Shown: positions 1 to 10,005, counted from the first letter of the stretch. The stretch: DNA of 49,111 nucleotides from an uncultured Thermoplasmata archaeon (GCA_964455305.1 CAYVVU010000001.1:14530-63640); one strand, 5' to 3'. The notes: a model not told the origin generated them from the letters alone. Made by a program: numbers and translations.

Positions 1-614
1 GTGAGCATCCGATAAACAAAGAGAGGATATCCAGAGGATTGCTTCCCGCGAACATACTTCTTCCTCGGGGTGCAGGGGTAGTTCCGGAACTAAAAAGTGT
101 GGATGAGAAGTACGGGATAAAGGCAGCGAGTGTTGTTGGCATCCCTCTGGTGAAAGGAATATGTCGCCTCGCCGGGATGTACTGCGCGGACCTTCCCACA
201 GCCACAGGAAGTTACGATACCGATTATGAAGGAAAGATAAAAAAAGCCTTGGAACTGCTTAAAAATGGATACGATTTAGTTCTGGTGAATTACAAAGCGC
301 CAGATCTTGCGGGACACGACGGAAATCCGGAGAAAAAGGTGTGGGTTCTTGAGAATATTGATAGAGGTTTGAGATATATTGATGGTGAAGATATACTCTT
401 TATATTTACTGCGGACCATACTACTCCCTGCAATTTCAAAGACCATACGGGAGATCCCGTGCCTATACTAATACATGGGGAAGGTCTCAGAAGAGAGGGA
501 GTTGAAAAATTTGATGAAATCTCCGTGATAAAAGGATCACTACGAATAAGAGGAAGGGATATAATGAATCTCGCTCTGAACTACGCGGGATATGCGGAGA
601 TGTTCGGCGCCTAA
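1..614 (+). CDS. apgM: Cofactor-independent phosphoglycerate mutase, archaeal ApgM type. C-terminal part only; the 5' end lies outside the window.
   Basis: The frame of ORF 39..614 stays open upstream to base 3 with no stop. C-terminal motifs FTADHTTPC and DHTGDPVPILIHG are typical of archaeal iPGM. Confidence 0.8.
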   Translation, partial: EHPINKERISRGLLPANILLPRGAGVVPELKSVDEKYGIKAASVVGIPLVKGICRLAGMYCADLPTATGSYDTDYEGKIKKALELLKNGYDLVLVNYKAPDLAGHDGNPEKKVWVLENIDRGLRYIDGEDILFIFTADHTTPCNFKDHTGDPVPILIHGEGLRREGVEKFDEISVIKGSLRIRGRDIMNLALNYAGYAEMFGA

Positions 615-3181
615 TAAAATGTTGGCGTCTGTGGAACGCTAGCCAAATAAAGCATACGATAGTACGCAAATTCGGTGCCAACCTCTCTGAATTTGCTCAA
701 AGAACTCTCAAGCATCTTTTTGGCATTGTTTTCATCGCCCAACTCTCTGTAAGTTAATCCTAATTCAAAGAGTATGTGGGCTTGATGTTCTGGAAGTCCC
801 AAATTCTCTATGTATTTTAAAGACAGCATAAGGTTATATATGGATTTATCCCATTCTTTCAAATGCCTATAAAGTATTCCATAAACTCTGTGAGCCATCG
901 CAAGACCTAGCGTATCGTCCATTCCACGCAGAATTTCCGTTGCTCTGTTCAGGTATTTTTCTGCCCTTTCAAAGATATTCATTGAAACATAGGTTTCCGC
1001 AGCGCTTATGGTTGCCCATGCGTATTCTCTATGATTTCCGAGTTTTTTGAATATTGCTCTCGCCTCTTCTAAATATTTTGCGGAATTTTTCAACTCGCCC
1101 ATCGCCCTATATAGATTACCTATATCGTGAGAAATTCTGGCATATCCATATAAATCTTTTAGTTTCAAAATGAGGTTCTTGGCCTTAGCAAAATACTCTA
1201 AGGATGTGTTGAACTTTTCCAGATTTATGTATAAGCTGGCGAGTTCCATGTATAATCTCAGAAGATAACTTTTGTTCTGAGTATCCTTTATAAGTTCTTT
1301 CAAAAGTTTTTCCGCTTGATCGTAGAGTCCCATTTTTCTGTAACAGTAAGCGTACAAACATTTCTTACAAAAATTGCCACTCATTTTCTTTATCAATTTT
1401 AATGCGGAATTAACCTCACCCATTTCTACGAGCATATACGCCTTTATTTTTCTTGCGAGTTCTCTAACTCTCTCATTATTTGATTCTTCATATTTTTCCA
1501 CCATTTTTAGCGCTTCATCCCACTTTCCAAGGCGGTAATATGTGTAGGCTTTTATTATCTGGAAAGCTTCATAGACCTCTTCACTTGTTTCATACTTTCC
1601 TATTTTGTCTAGGAGAAGCTTTATCGTAAGGGCTTTCTGGTCAACGATCTCTATGTTCCTTCCTATAACAGACAGGGCTCTCTCAAACTTTCCAGATTTT
1701 ATATACATCTTTATAGCGAGGGTGTAATCCTCGTAATTCTCGGCGGCTTTTCCGAGCATTTCGGAAAGTTCCCCAATCTCCCTCCCATCCATCTTTTTCA
1801 TAAAGAAATCCTTAATGAAATCGTGAATGTAATAGGAATCTTTCTCTTTGTTGACAAGAACCTTTTCCTCCAATCTTTTAACAGATTGGATTAAACCAAG
1901 ATTCTCCAGAATCTCCCCCGACAGAGGTTGTTCGGCTAAAGCCAGGATTTTCATGCATATTCTCTCATCATCCGTTAGTTTAGAATAAATTTCTCTGTCC
2001 AAATACTCGTACATACCTCTGATCTCCTGACCTCCATATCTTCTTATGAGTTTGAGATAGAGAGGATTTCCTCCTGTTATTTTATGGAAATATTCCGCCT
2101 GAATTCTGTTTCTGAACATTTTCTTTACCGCGTGTAGCGGCAGACCGCCAAGCGTTATAGAAACGAAATTTTTGGGAGGGGAGTCTCTGCTTATGAGAAT
2201 ACATGCCTTTTTATGATTGTAAACTCTATCATACAGGTACCTTTTAGCATCATCTGAAAGCCTCTCAACATTATCAAACACTATTATGTTATGAGGTATA
2301 TTTATTATCTCACTCAAGTCTTCAGGTTTCATCTCTTCTAGGCATTCCACCCACTGCACGGAATCTGCCATAATTTTCTCAAGAGTTTTCTTAACTAGTG
2401 TGGTTTTTCCAATTCCGGCGGGACCGCAAACAAATACTTTTTTACCTGAGGTTATAAGCGTGGATAAACTCTCCAATTCTTCTTCTCTGTCATAAAATTC
2501 CTCATCTATTTCTGGAGCTACTTTTACTATATCTCTAAAAAGTTTGGGATACCGTTTGAGGGCGAATCCTGTTACAAGAATAAGCACAGAGGAAGTTCCC
2601 ACTATTAGTTTGTGCAGTATATCTATCTCTCCATATATCCTAACATATCCTTCTTCCGCCACAACATCGTCAAAATCATCCACCACTATAACGCTTCCTG
2701 CGTTCCTTTTTACGATTTCCTGTATGAAAGAAATTATGTTTTTATCCGGTGGTGGTTTGTATATTTTTGCCCTTATATTATGTACCTCTTTGAGTATTAT
2801 TGAAGGATAGTTAGTTATTATTATTAAATTGTTGAAACTTTTGAGCAGACGGAAAAACTCGGAATCGTTTATACTGTATATGAATCCGCGGGATATTCTT
2901 TTCGTTTCCTTCCTCTCAGCATCAAGACCTTCAGCACATTTAAGTCCCATCTCTGTAAGAAAATATACCTTTCTTCTGCGCTGCCCATTTATTATATGCG
3001 CTTTTCTCTCAAAAACCAAACCACGATTTATCAATTTTTTGATGTACATAGGAACATGAGACCTCTGGATGCCCACCGCTTTTGCTATACCATCCTGCGT
3101 GAGTTCGTAAGGTACCATAAACTCCTCTTTATACTCTTCATACTGTGCAAGATGCAAAACAATTCGTTCCCATACTTTCAT
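611..3181 (-). CDS. Multidomain regulator-like protein: N-terminal winged HTH, unassigned alpha/beta domain, P-loop STAND/Arch_ATPase-type NTPase, C-terminal TPR array.
   Basis: 856-aa ORF. The wHTH is LTQDGIAKAVGIQRSHVPMYIKKLINRGLV. FYDREEELESL precedes Walker A GPAGIGKTTL, and IIVFDNVERL is Walker B-like. About nine TPR-like repeats fill the last ~400 aa. Confidence 0.75.
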   Translation of the reverse strand: MKVWERIVLHLAQYEEYKEEFMVPYELTQDGIAKAVGIQRSHVPMYIKKLINRGLVFERKAHIINGQRRRKVYFLTEMGLKCAEGLDAERKETKRISRGFIYSINDSEFFRLLKSFNNLIIITNYPSIILKEVHNIRAKIYKPPPDKNIISFIQEIVKRNAGSVIVVDDFDDVVAEEGYVRIYGEIDILHKLIVGTSSVLILVTGFALKRYPKLFRDIVKVAPEIDEEFYDREEELESLSTLITSGKKVFVCGPAGIGKTTLVKKTLEKIMADSVQWVECLEEMKPEDLSEIINIPHNIIVFDNVERLSDDAKRYLYDRVYNHKKACILISRDSPPKNFVSITLGGLPLHAVKKMFRNRIQAEYFHKITGGNPLYLKLIRRYGGQEIRGMYEYLDREIYSKLTDDERICMKILALAEQPLSGEILENLGLIQSVKRLEEKVLVNKEKDSYYIHDFIKDFFMKKMDGREIGELSEMLGKAAENYEDYTLAIKMYIKSGKFERALSVIGRNIEIVDQKALTIKLLLDKIGKYETSEEVYEAFQIIKAYTYYRLGKWDEALKMVEKYEESNNERVRELARKIKAYMLVEMGEVNSALKLIKKMSGNFCKKCLYAYCYRKMGLYDQAEKLLKELIKDTQNKSYLLRLYMELASLYINLEKFNTSLEYFAKAKNLILKLKDLYGYARISHDIGNLYRAMGELKNSAKYLEEARAIFKKLGNHREYAWATISAAETYVSMNIFERAEKYLNRATEILRGMDDTLGLAMAHRVYGILYRHLKEWDKSIYNLMLSLKYIENLGLPEHQAHILFELGLTYRELGDENNAKKMLESSLSKFREVGTEFAYYRMLYLASVPQTPTFY

Positions 3182-3297
3182 TTCAAGGTATGTTTATGTT
3201 AAAATACTATATAAAGATTTTTGATGAGCTTGACTGGGCGACAAAAAGTATTTAAATAGAAAGCTAATCTCCCTTAGCCTTTACGGAGGGAAAAACT

Positions 3298-6200
3298 ATG
3301 GAAGACGCAGGCAATAGAAGAAATAATATAAGAGGTATTACGAGTGTGCTGGCCGTGGCGCTTCTAGTGCTTGCCATATTTAGTGTGGTTTCCAGTGCTG
3401 TATCGGCGAATACGGGGACCATAAGCTTTGTTTTGAAATATGTGGACTACGAGAATCCCAATGATAATGGTCTTCTCTCCAATATTGAGGCTTACCTTTA
3501 CAATTATGATGGTCAAGTTGTTATGGGGCCCGTGGTTTCCAAACCAACGGTAACATTTGATGATGTTCCGTATGGGAATTATGTAGTAAAAATAGTTAGC
3601 AAGGTCCTCGGAGATAGATACGCTTACGAAGGCAAGAGTGTTGAGGTTAGTTTGGACTCTTCGGGCGATAGCATACAGTATGTGAATATAACCAGATATG
3701 TCCTCAACCACACTTTGAACCTCACTGTTTACGAAGATATGTCAAATTCGGTGATAAAGCCTTACGCAACTGTCAAAGTTTACACATCCTTCGGTCTTCT
3801 TGTGGCCAGCGGTACAACCAATGAGAATGGGACTATTACACTCAATGTTCCTAAGCTGGATCTATATGTGGATGTATCATACGAGGAAGGAGGAACGGAG
3901 AAGGTTTTCCATACAAAGATAGATACTTCCCAGATAGATTTACCAACTAATCAGAGTGTATCCGTAGATCTAAAAGGCTATAGACATGTGTATGGTACGG
4001 TTGAAGACGCCGAAGGCAATTACATAAACGATACTATAAGGATAACCCTTGTTAAGGGAGATGGTTCAATATACAAAGTTATGAAATTTGGTGGCGGTAC
4101 CTTTGACTTCTTCGTCCCGCCTGGCATAGGCTTAAAAATGATTGTTACCGCAGATGGATACGGTAGATATATGAAATGGCTAACATCATCCGTCAGTCAG
4201 TTCTATCCAATAACTCTTTATAAAGCAAATAATCCAATAACCTACAAGATAACTTTCTCAGAGGATTTCAAAACGGTGTGGATAAACAAAACTATGTGGA
4301 TCAACAACTATTCCATAATTGATTCTATGGGCTATGAGAATTTCGGCATTCTCTACTACCAGTTGAAATTCGCCGGATACGATAATGCCACTAAACTTAA
4401 AGAGTGGTTCAACAACAGCATACCATACATTCCGAAATTGAAGATTGGAGATTACAACTATACTCTCCAAGAAAAATATGTGGAAGATTTCAGCCTAGTT
4501 TATACAGGTTTTTCATTGAAAACTCACGCAAAGTACTATTGCGATGATGTTGATGTTGATAAGCTCCTTAAAGATGGTGGAATACCTATAAATCTGTATG
4601 TTTTCAAGGATGTGAACTACGGCGGATTCAGGAATTACACATACAGAATTTACATACCTTCCAAGTATGAGAGGAGCAACGAAATACCATCGCTAAAAAT
4701 AGATGGATACATAAACACAATAACTATAAACGATGCCGATGATGATGGTTATTATACAATAGTTCTCAAAGAGAGGGTGGAGCCGAGCATAACTCTGAGC
4801 GATAGTACGGTCACCTTATACTGGAAGAATATGTCCTTTGAGCAGGATAGATATATACTTAATGCCTCCGAAGAAAACTTCACAGTGCTCGTGCCCGCGT
4901 ACACCAATGTGAGCATCAATGTATCTGCCGCTTACATGGACAATGTGAGGAATATGAGTGACTGGCAGAACGCAACATTCACTTGGATTTTGGATGGCAA
5001 TACAATACATCAGGGAGTTGGAAGCGATGGATGTAATCTAACATATAACTTTACCACCGGAAGATACACGATCGTTGTGGAGGTAAAAGATGTTGGAAGC
5101 AATGTGAACAAAACCAACATAACGGTCTATGCCGATGGATATGTGCCTACTGCCAAAATAAATATGACGGAAGGCGAAGAGAGCATTTTGAATATAGAAT
5201 TGAACATTACCGGTGAGAAGTTAATTTATACATACAACAATACTACAAAAGAAATACCGATAAATCCCGAGGGCAGATATGTAAATGTCACCTTACCAGA
5301 TATAATCACGATAAATGAATCGGCACAATTGCTTTACAACGCCTCATCCACCGAGGACACCTACAACGGCACGGAGAGCAAGAGCAATGTGCTTGTGGAG
5401 TGGGATTTCAATGGAACTAAGAGTACTGAGATAAATAAAACATACGCATTTGACAAGCCAACAAGAGGAAACGAAACAGTTTGGATAAATGTAACAATCA
5501 GAGATGTTGTGAACAATACAATAGAAATATCAATAAAGGCGAAGATAAAGGATACCACACCACCGGAAATCAAAGTTAAGATATTCAACGAATCTTGGAA
5601 GGAAGTTACGGAAGTTGATGAGGGAGGCATTGTATATTTAGATGCCAAGAACACTACAGACCCCGAAGACGGAAATATATCCTCTTACAACTGGACCATA
5701 AAGAAGAGCGAGGGCGGAGAAGCCTTGGAGGGCGAGGATTACGAAATTCTCAATGGCTCCCTAACGGATAATTTCCTGAAAATTAAGTTCCTCACATACG
5801 GTCTATACTATATAATACTCAATGTCACAGACATGGACGGAAACCACGCAATAAAGAACATATCCTTCCATGTCAATCCTGTTAGGCCTGACATAACCAT
5901 AGTCAATGTCACAATACCCAAGGATATAGTTGAGGGAAGTCCAGCCAAGATAAAAATTACGCTGAAGAACAACGGCAAAGTCAATGTGACGAAGTTTACA
6001 GTTACGCTCTATGCGAATGAAAAGATCGTTGTGGACCACAAGCCATACAATTTGAGAATTGCCCCGGATGACACTAGGAATATAACAATCACCTGGACGC
6101 CCGACGCAGCTGGTAGTTACACTCTGAAGATAAACATAACCTGCGAAGATGAACCATCAATATATACCGATGATAACGTTTACACTGAGAAAGTGAAAGT

Positions 6201-6369
6201 GGAGCCGAACCAGGTTAAGAACGCCGGAATTGTGCTCACTGCGGTGATAGTAGTCATAATTATTGCGGTGGCTGCCAAGAAACTGAAGGAGAGGAAGAAA
6301 GAAGAGAAGAAGGAGAAGCGCAAGAAGAAGGAGAAGAAGAAAGAAAAGAAGAAAGAGGAAAAAGAGTAA
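3298..6369 (+). CDS. Large cell-surface glycoprotein (S-layer-like) with N-terminal signal/anchor, carboxypeptidase-regulatory-like, PKD-like and CARDB-like beta domains, a C-terminal TM helix and a Lys/Glu tail.
   Basis: 1023-aa ORF with a GGAGGG SD upstream and a hydrophobic N-terminus (ITSVLAVALLVLAIFSVV). About 45-47 N-x-S/T sequons by hand count. CARDB-like segment PDITIVNVTIP...TLKNNG...ITWTP. C-terminal TM is AGIVLTAVIVVIIIAVAA, followed by the KKEEKKEKRKKKEKKKEKKKEEKE tail. Confidence 0.8.
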   Translation: MEDAGNRRNNIRGITSVLAVALLVLAIFSVVSSAVSANTGTISFVLKYVDYENPNDNGLLSNIEAYLYNYDGQVVMGPVVSKPTVTFDDVPYGNYVVKIVSKVLGDRYAYEGKSVEVSLDSSGDSIQYVNITRYVLNHTLNLTVYEDMSNSVIKPYATVKVYTSFGLLVASGTTNENGTITLNVPKLDLYVDVSYEEGGTEKVFHTKIDTSQIDLPTNQSVSVDLKGYRHVYGTVEDAEGNYINDTIRITLVKGDGSIYKVMKFGGGTFDFFVPPGIGLKMIVTADGYGRYMKWLTSSVSQFYPITLYKANNPITYKITFSEDFKTVWINKTMWINNYSIIDSMGYENFGILYYQLKFAGYDNATKLKEWFNNSIPYIPKLKIGDYNYTLQEKYVEDFSLVYTGFSLKTHAKYYCDDVDVDKLLKDGGIPINLYVFKDVNYGGFRNYTYRIYIPSKYERSNEIPSLKIDGYINTITINDADDDGYYTIVLKERVEPSITLSDSTVTLYWKNMSFEQDRYILNASEENFTVLVPAYTNVSINVSAAYMDNVRNMSDWQNATFTWILDGNTIHQGVGSDGCNLTYNFTTGRYTIVVEVKDVGSNVNKTNITVYADGYVPTAKINMTEGEESILNIELNITGEKLIYTYNNTTKEIPINPEGRYVNVTLPDIITINESAQLLYNASSTEDTYNGTESKSNVLVEWDFNGTKSTEINKTYAFDKPTRGNETVWINVTIRDVVNNTIEISIKAKIKDTTPPEIKVKIFNESWKEVTEVDEGGIVYLDAKNTTDPEDGNISSYNWTIKKSEGGEALEGEDYEILNGSLTDNFLKIKFLTYGLYYIILNVTDMDGNHAIKNISFHVNPVRPDITIVNVTIPKDIVEGSPAKIKITLKNNGKVNVTKFTVTLYANEKIVVDHKPYNLRIAPDDTRNITITWTPDAAGSYTLKINITCEDEPSIYTDDNVYTEKVKVEPNQVKNAGIVLTAVIVVIIIAVAAKKLKERKKEEKKEKRKKKEKKKEKKKEEKE
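6285..6366 (+). repeat. 82-nt polypurine (AAG/GAG) tract encoding the Lys/Glu tail of the surface protein.
   Basis: Pure A/G runs at 6285..6318 and 6322..6366, interrupted only by cgc at 6319..6321. Confidence 0.9.
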
Positions 6370-7995
6370 TTACATTCTTTCCAATTTTTCTATTCCTAAT
6401 ATTTCCATAGTTTTTCCCATAATTTCTTTGAAGATTAATACCAATGTGGCTCTTTCATCCCTCTTATCTTCCTCCGCTTTTATAACAGGACAGTCGCGGT
6501 AGAAGTCATTGAAAGTATCGGCGAGTTCTATCGCGTATCTGGCTATCCTGTGCACTTCTAAATCCATTGAGGTTTTTTCAACAACATCCCTAAATCTCGC
6601 CAGTGTTTTTATAAGTTTTATCTCGCTCACATCGTTTAGATTTAAAGGAGGTTTTTCGTTGAAGTTTCCTATTTTTCTGAGTATACTGGATGCCCGAGCG
6701 TAGGAATACATAATGTATGGTGCACTTTCTCCTTCAAAATTTAAGGCGTCTTCCCATCTAAAAACTACAGGTTTTGATACCTGAACCTTAAGTATATTAA
6801 ATCTTACTGCGGAGTATGCTATTTTTTCCGCAACATATTTTTTCCAATCCTCTTTTTCCTCGGGATACCTTTTCTCTATCTCCTTCATACTTCTTTCAAA
6901 GGCTTCTTTAAGAACATCTCTGAGATAAACTACCCTTCCAGCGCGGGTACTCATCTTTCCTTCCGGAAGGCTAACGAACGAATAGTAAACTATTTCCACC
7001 TCTCTTGCCAAAATATCTCTCAGAATTCTGTTAAGATTTTTTCCGTAAGATTTGTGGTCCTCTCCCAGAACATTTATCATTCTATCACATCTTTTTGCTT
7101 TATACGCGTGGTAGAGAATATCGCGAAGGAAATATAGCGAGGTGCCATCACCGCGAAACAGATAAACTCTTTCTCCATCAACCTCTACATACTTTGCTCC
7201 ATTCTCATCAACTTTCATAATATCTTTCAATTTTCTAAGGACTTCGGAATCGTAATTTTGGCATAGTATGTCACTCTCATAAACGAAAGAGTCATATGAT
7301 ACACCAATTTTTTGAAGAGTCTTTGCTATCTCTCCCATTATTATTTCTATGTGCTGTCTGGAAAATTTTCTAGCATTTACATCGCACTTTTCCAAATCCC
7401 TCATTATTTTTGTTGCTTCCTCGCCATATTCCTTTTCGTTCCTGTATGCTTCCTGATAAAGTTTTGTGTAATCATCTATGCTCATATTTTCTGCGCCTTT
7501 TTTCTTAATTGCGGCCAAAAGCATAGCAACCTGCTTTCCCATATCGTTAACATAGTACTCAACAGTGGTTTCATATCCCAGGAGTTTCAATAATCTCGCT
7601 ATGGTATCTCCAATTATTGGATTTCTCGCTCTTCCGATATGTATGGGGCCGGTTGGATTTGCGCTTGTATGTTCTATAAGAACTTTCTCTTCTCTCCTTG
7701 GAAAACTCTTTCTGAAGTTTTTGTATAGATTCTTAGCCAGATGCTTCGGAGAGATAAAGAAATTTATGTATGCTCCCACATTCCTTATTTCTGATATTTC
7801 CTCTATTTTCACTTCTTTCAATTTTTCCGCGATTTCCGAAGCGATTTCTGCAGGACTTTTTCTTAACTCCTTGGCCAAATTGAAGGTCTTTACTGTAATA
7901 TCCCCATGTTCCGAGAGTATAACCTCTGCTTTTACTTTAAATCCCGTAACTTCTTCTGTTATTTTCTCTATTTTCCTCGCGTAATCTTCAAGCAT
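6370..7995 (-). CDS. argS: Arginyl-tRNA synthetase.
   Basis: Class I aaRS with HTSANPTGPIHIGRARN (HIGH region) and an arginyl anticodon-binding C-terminus. I prefer ATG 7995 (MLEDYARKIE), 2 nt after the dys stop. The track ORF extension to 8139 overlaps dys. Confidence 0.93.
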   Translation of the reverse strand: MLEDYARKIEKITEEVTGFKVKAEVILSEHGDITVKTFNLAKELRKSPAEIASEIAEKLKEVKIEEISEIRNVGAYINFFISPKHLAKNLYKNFRKSFPRREEKVLIEHTSANPTGPIHIGRARNPIIGDTIARLLKLLGYETTVEYYVNDMGKQVAMLLAAIKKKGAENMSIDDYTKLYQEAYRNEKEYGEEATKIMRDLEKCDVNARKFSRQHIEIIMGEIAKTLQKIGVSYDSFVYESDILCQNYDSEVLRKLKDIMKVDENGAKYVEVDGERVYLFRGDGTSLYFLRDILYHAYKAKRCDRMINVLGEDHKSYGKNLNRILRDILAREVEIVYYSFVSLPEGKMSTRAGRVVYLRDVLKEAFERSMKEIEKRYPEEKEDWKKYVAEKIAYSAVRFNILKVQVSKPVVFRWEDALNFEGESAPYIMYSYARASSILRKIGNFNEKPPLNLNDVSEIKLIKTLARFRDVVEKTSMDLEVHRIARYAIELADTFNDFYRDCPVIKAEEDKRDERATLVLIFKEIMGKTMEILGIEKLERM

Positions 7996-7997
7996 GC

Positions 7998-8918
7998 TCA
8001 ATCCCCCAGAAGCGCAGATGCTAGGAATGGAAGAACAACAGTTGCGTCGGAATAAAGAGTTACATATTTCGCTTTTTCTTTGAGTTTGTGCCAGGAGATT
8101 GCTTCGCGCATTCTCGCTCCGCTGAGCGAGCCATCCCATTCCGGCGCGGTTGTTATATATACCGCATAATCCAAACCATCTCTAAACTGATTCCACCATA
8201 TTGTGTGATGCTTGGAAATTCCTCCACCTATTATGAGTGCGGCCGTGCAATTTGCACTTATAACAATATCCGCAAGTTCGTGCTCGTCCAGAAGGGAATT
8301 AACCACAAAATCGCGATGTATTTCGTAGAAACTCCATAACTGCGAACCGAAGGCACCGTCGGTGTATCCCGGTACATATACGGGTATATCATTTCTATAA
8401 GCCCAGTGTAGGATTGAATCTTCAGGAAGTTTCTTGCCGATTTCCCGCACTATCTCTCTTACTCCCCAAACTTTTTTCTTGTTATAAAGTTCTGGGAGAA
8501 TTTCCTGCATAAATTTTTCCACCATGCTTCCGTAGTTCTCACGAGGAACGAGAACATTCCCCAATCTGTGTATACCTTCCCTTCTGAGGGAGGTGTCATC
8601 CATATCAAAACTCCCACAGTAATACTTTGATAAACTTCTCGCTATATCGTGGTCTATACTTCCACAAGTGGTGATTATCACATCAAACATCTTTCTCTTG
8701 ATGAATTCCTTCAAAATACCTCTCACTCCCGTAGCCACTATACATGCTGGAAAACTCAGAAATTTTGTGCAATCATCCCTTGCAAGGAACTCTTTCATAA
8801 TTTCATAAGCTCTGTGAAGATGAGATGCTTGGAAGCCGCCAACATTGGCTAAAGATTCAAAGATTTCTTTAACACTATCCGTAATATATAAATCTTTGAC
8901 CTCCTTTGCATCCCTCAT
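7998..8918 (-). CDS. dys: Deoxyhypusine synthase.
   Basis: 306 aa. IIGGGISKHH and CGSIDHD motifs, with length typical of archaeal DHS. Confidence 0.9.
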   Translation of the reverse strand: MRDAKEVKDLYITDSVKEIFESLANVGGFQASHLHRAYEIMKEFLARDDCTKFLSFPACIVATGVRGILKEFIKRKMFDVIITTCGSIDHDIARSLSKYYCGSFDMDDTSLRREGIHRLGNVLVPRENYGSMVEKFMQEILPELYNKKKVWGVREIVREIGKKLPEDSILHWAYRNDIPVYVPGYTDGAFGSQLWSFYEIHRDFVVNSLLDEHELADIVISANCTAALIIGGGISKHHTIWWNQFRDGLDYAVYITTAPEWDGSLSGARMREAISWHKLKEKAKYVTLYSDATVVLPFLASALLGD

Positions 8919-9946
8919 TTCATCTCACCTGCAATTTTCATCATCTCCTCAAGAAGAGGATTGTTTTCCATCTTTTTCCTGATTGGAGAGAGAATATTTA
9001 TAAGATAGTTTGCTACAGAGTTCTTGAGATCCAGGGGATGAATTTCCCTGTTCGCAAAGGCATTTTCAAGTTCCTCATAACTATTAAATTCTACATCTCC
9101 TCCATACTTCTCGTCTCTCTCCACAACGAATTTATCCGTGTAATATGGAAATATTATGTATCTAACTATGTCCAGGATGGGATTTCCCTCAACAACTCCT
9201 TCTGGACAATACGCTTTTCTTACCTTCTTTCTTATTTCCTCCTCGGAATCGTGGACGAATATTGTGAATTTCGGCTTGCTCTTGCTCATCTTCGCCTCCA
9301 CAGGATCCATCCTGCCACCGCCTTGAAGGCCAGTGAGGAGGGGACCGTGTAGGGCGACAACCTTTCTATATTTTAACTTCTCCGCAACATCCCTTGCGAG
9401 CATATGCGCGTGTCTCTGATCCATACCTCCCAGAGCGATATCCACATCCAGATGAAATATATCGGCCACCTGCATGAAGGGATATATTATTTTGGAGGAA
9501 TCAAGTTCAGCCTCATCTTCCCTTCTGCCCATTATGGTCATGGCTCTCTTCGCTCTCCGTAGCGTGGTTTTTTTGGCGACCCTTATAACCTTCTCCCAGT
9601 AGTCTTTATCCCCTACAATTTCCGATGCGAAGATGAATTGTGCATTTGTTCCCATAGCCCTAAAACATTCCCTCATATACTCGCCGCAAATCTTTATCTT
9701 CTCCAAATCCCCTCCAAGTTTGTCGTTAATGTACGCATGCCAATCGGCAAGAAGAACTACGGTGTGTATTCCACACTCCTCCAAATCCCTGAGTTTGAGG
9801 GGCCATAGAACTCCCGTACCAAGATGGACAAAACCCGAAGGCTCAAACCCAATATACGCTTTCAATTTTTTCCCCGATGATAGCAGGAAATCTAGCTCTC
9901 GTTCGGTTATTACCTCCACGATATTTCTCAGGATTTTCTCTTTCAT
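8915..9946 (-). CDS. tyrS: Tyrosyl-tRNA synthetase (archaeal type).
   Basis: AYIGFEPSGFVHLG, LLADWHAY and KMSKSKP motifs. Near-colinear with the remembered M. jannaschii TyrRS (GNPILDIVRY, HPLDLKN). The stop overlaps the dys start in ATGA. Confidence 0.93.
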   Translation of the reverse strand: MKEKILRNIVEVITERELDFLLSSGKKLKAYIGFEPSGFVHLGTGVLWPLKLRDLEECGIHTVVLLADWHAYINDKLGGDLEKIKICGEYMRECFRAMGTNAQFIFASEIVGDKDYWEKVIRVAKKTTLRRAKRAMTIMGRREDEAELDSSKIIYPFMQVADIFHLDVDIALGGMDQRHAHMLARDVAEKLKYRKVVALHGPLLTGLQGGGRMDPVEAKMSKSKPKFTIFVHDSEEEIRKKVRKAYCPEGVVEGNPILDIVRYIIFPYYTDKFVVERDEKYGGDVEFNSYEELENAFANREIHPLDLKNSVANYLINILSPIRKKMENNPLLEEMMKIAGEMK

Positions 9947-9966
9947 ACTTTGGGGTTATCGTTGAT

Positions 9967-9985
9967 AGGTAAAAAGTTTTTACCT
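9967..9985. promoter_or_regulatory. Perfect 19-bp palindrome in the tyrS/GNAT divergent intergenic region; candidate operator.
   Basis: aggtaaaaa-g-tttttacct, followed immediately by the AT-rich box tatttatat (9988..9996). Confidence 0.4.
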
Positions 9986-10005
9986 GCTATTTATATGGGT
10001 TAACC

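Noticed and set aside
7996-8139. Upstream extension of the argS ORF (48 codons).
   Set aside because: It overlaps the dys coding region in another frame and is not ArgRS-like. ATG 7995 directly follows the dys stop.
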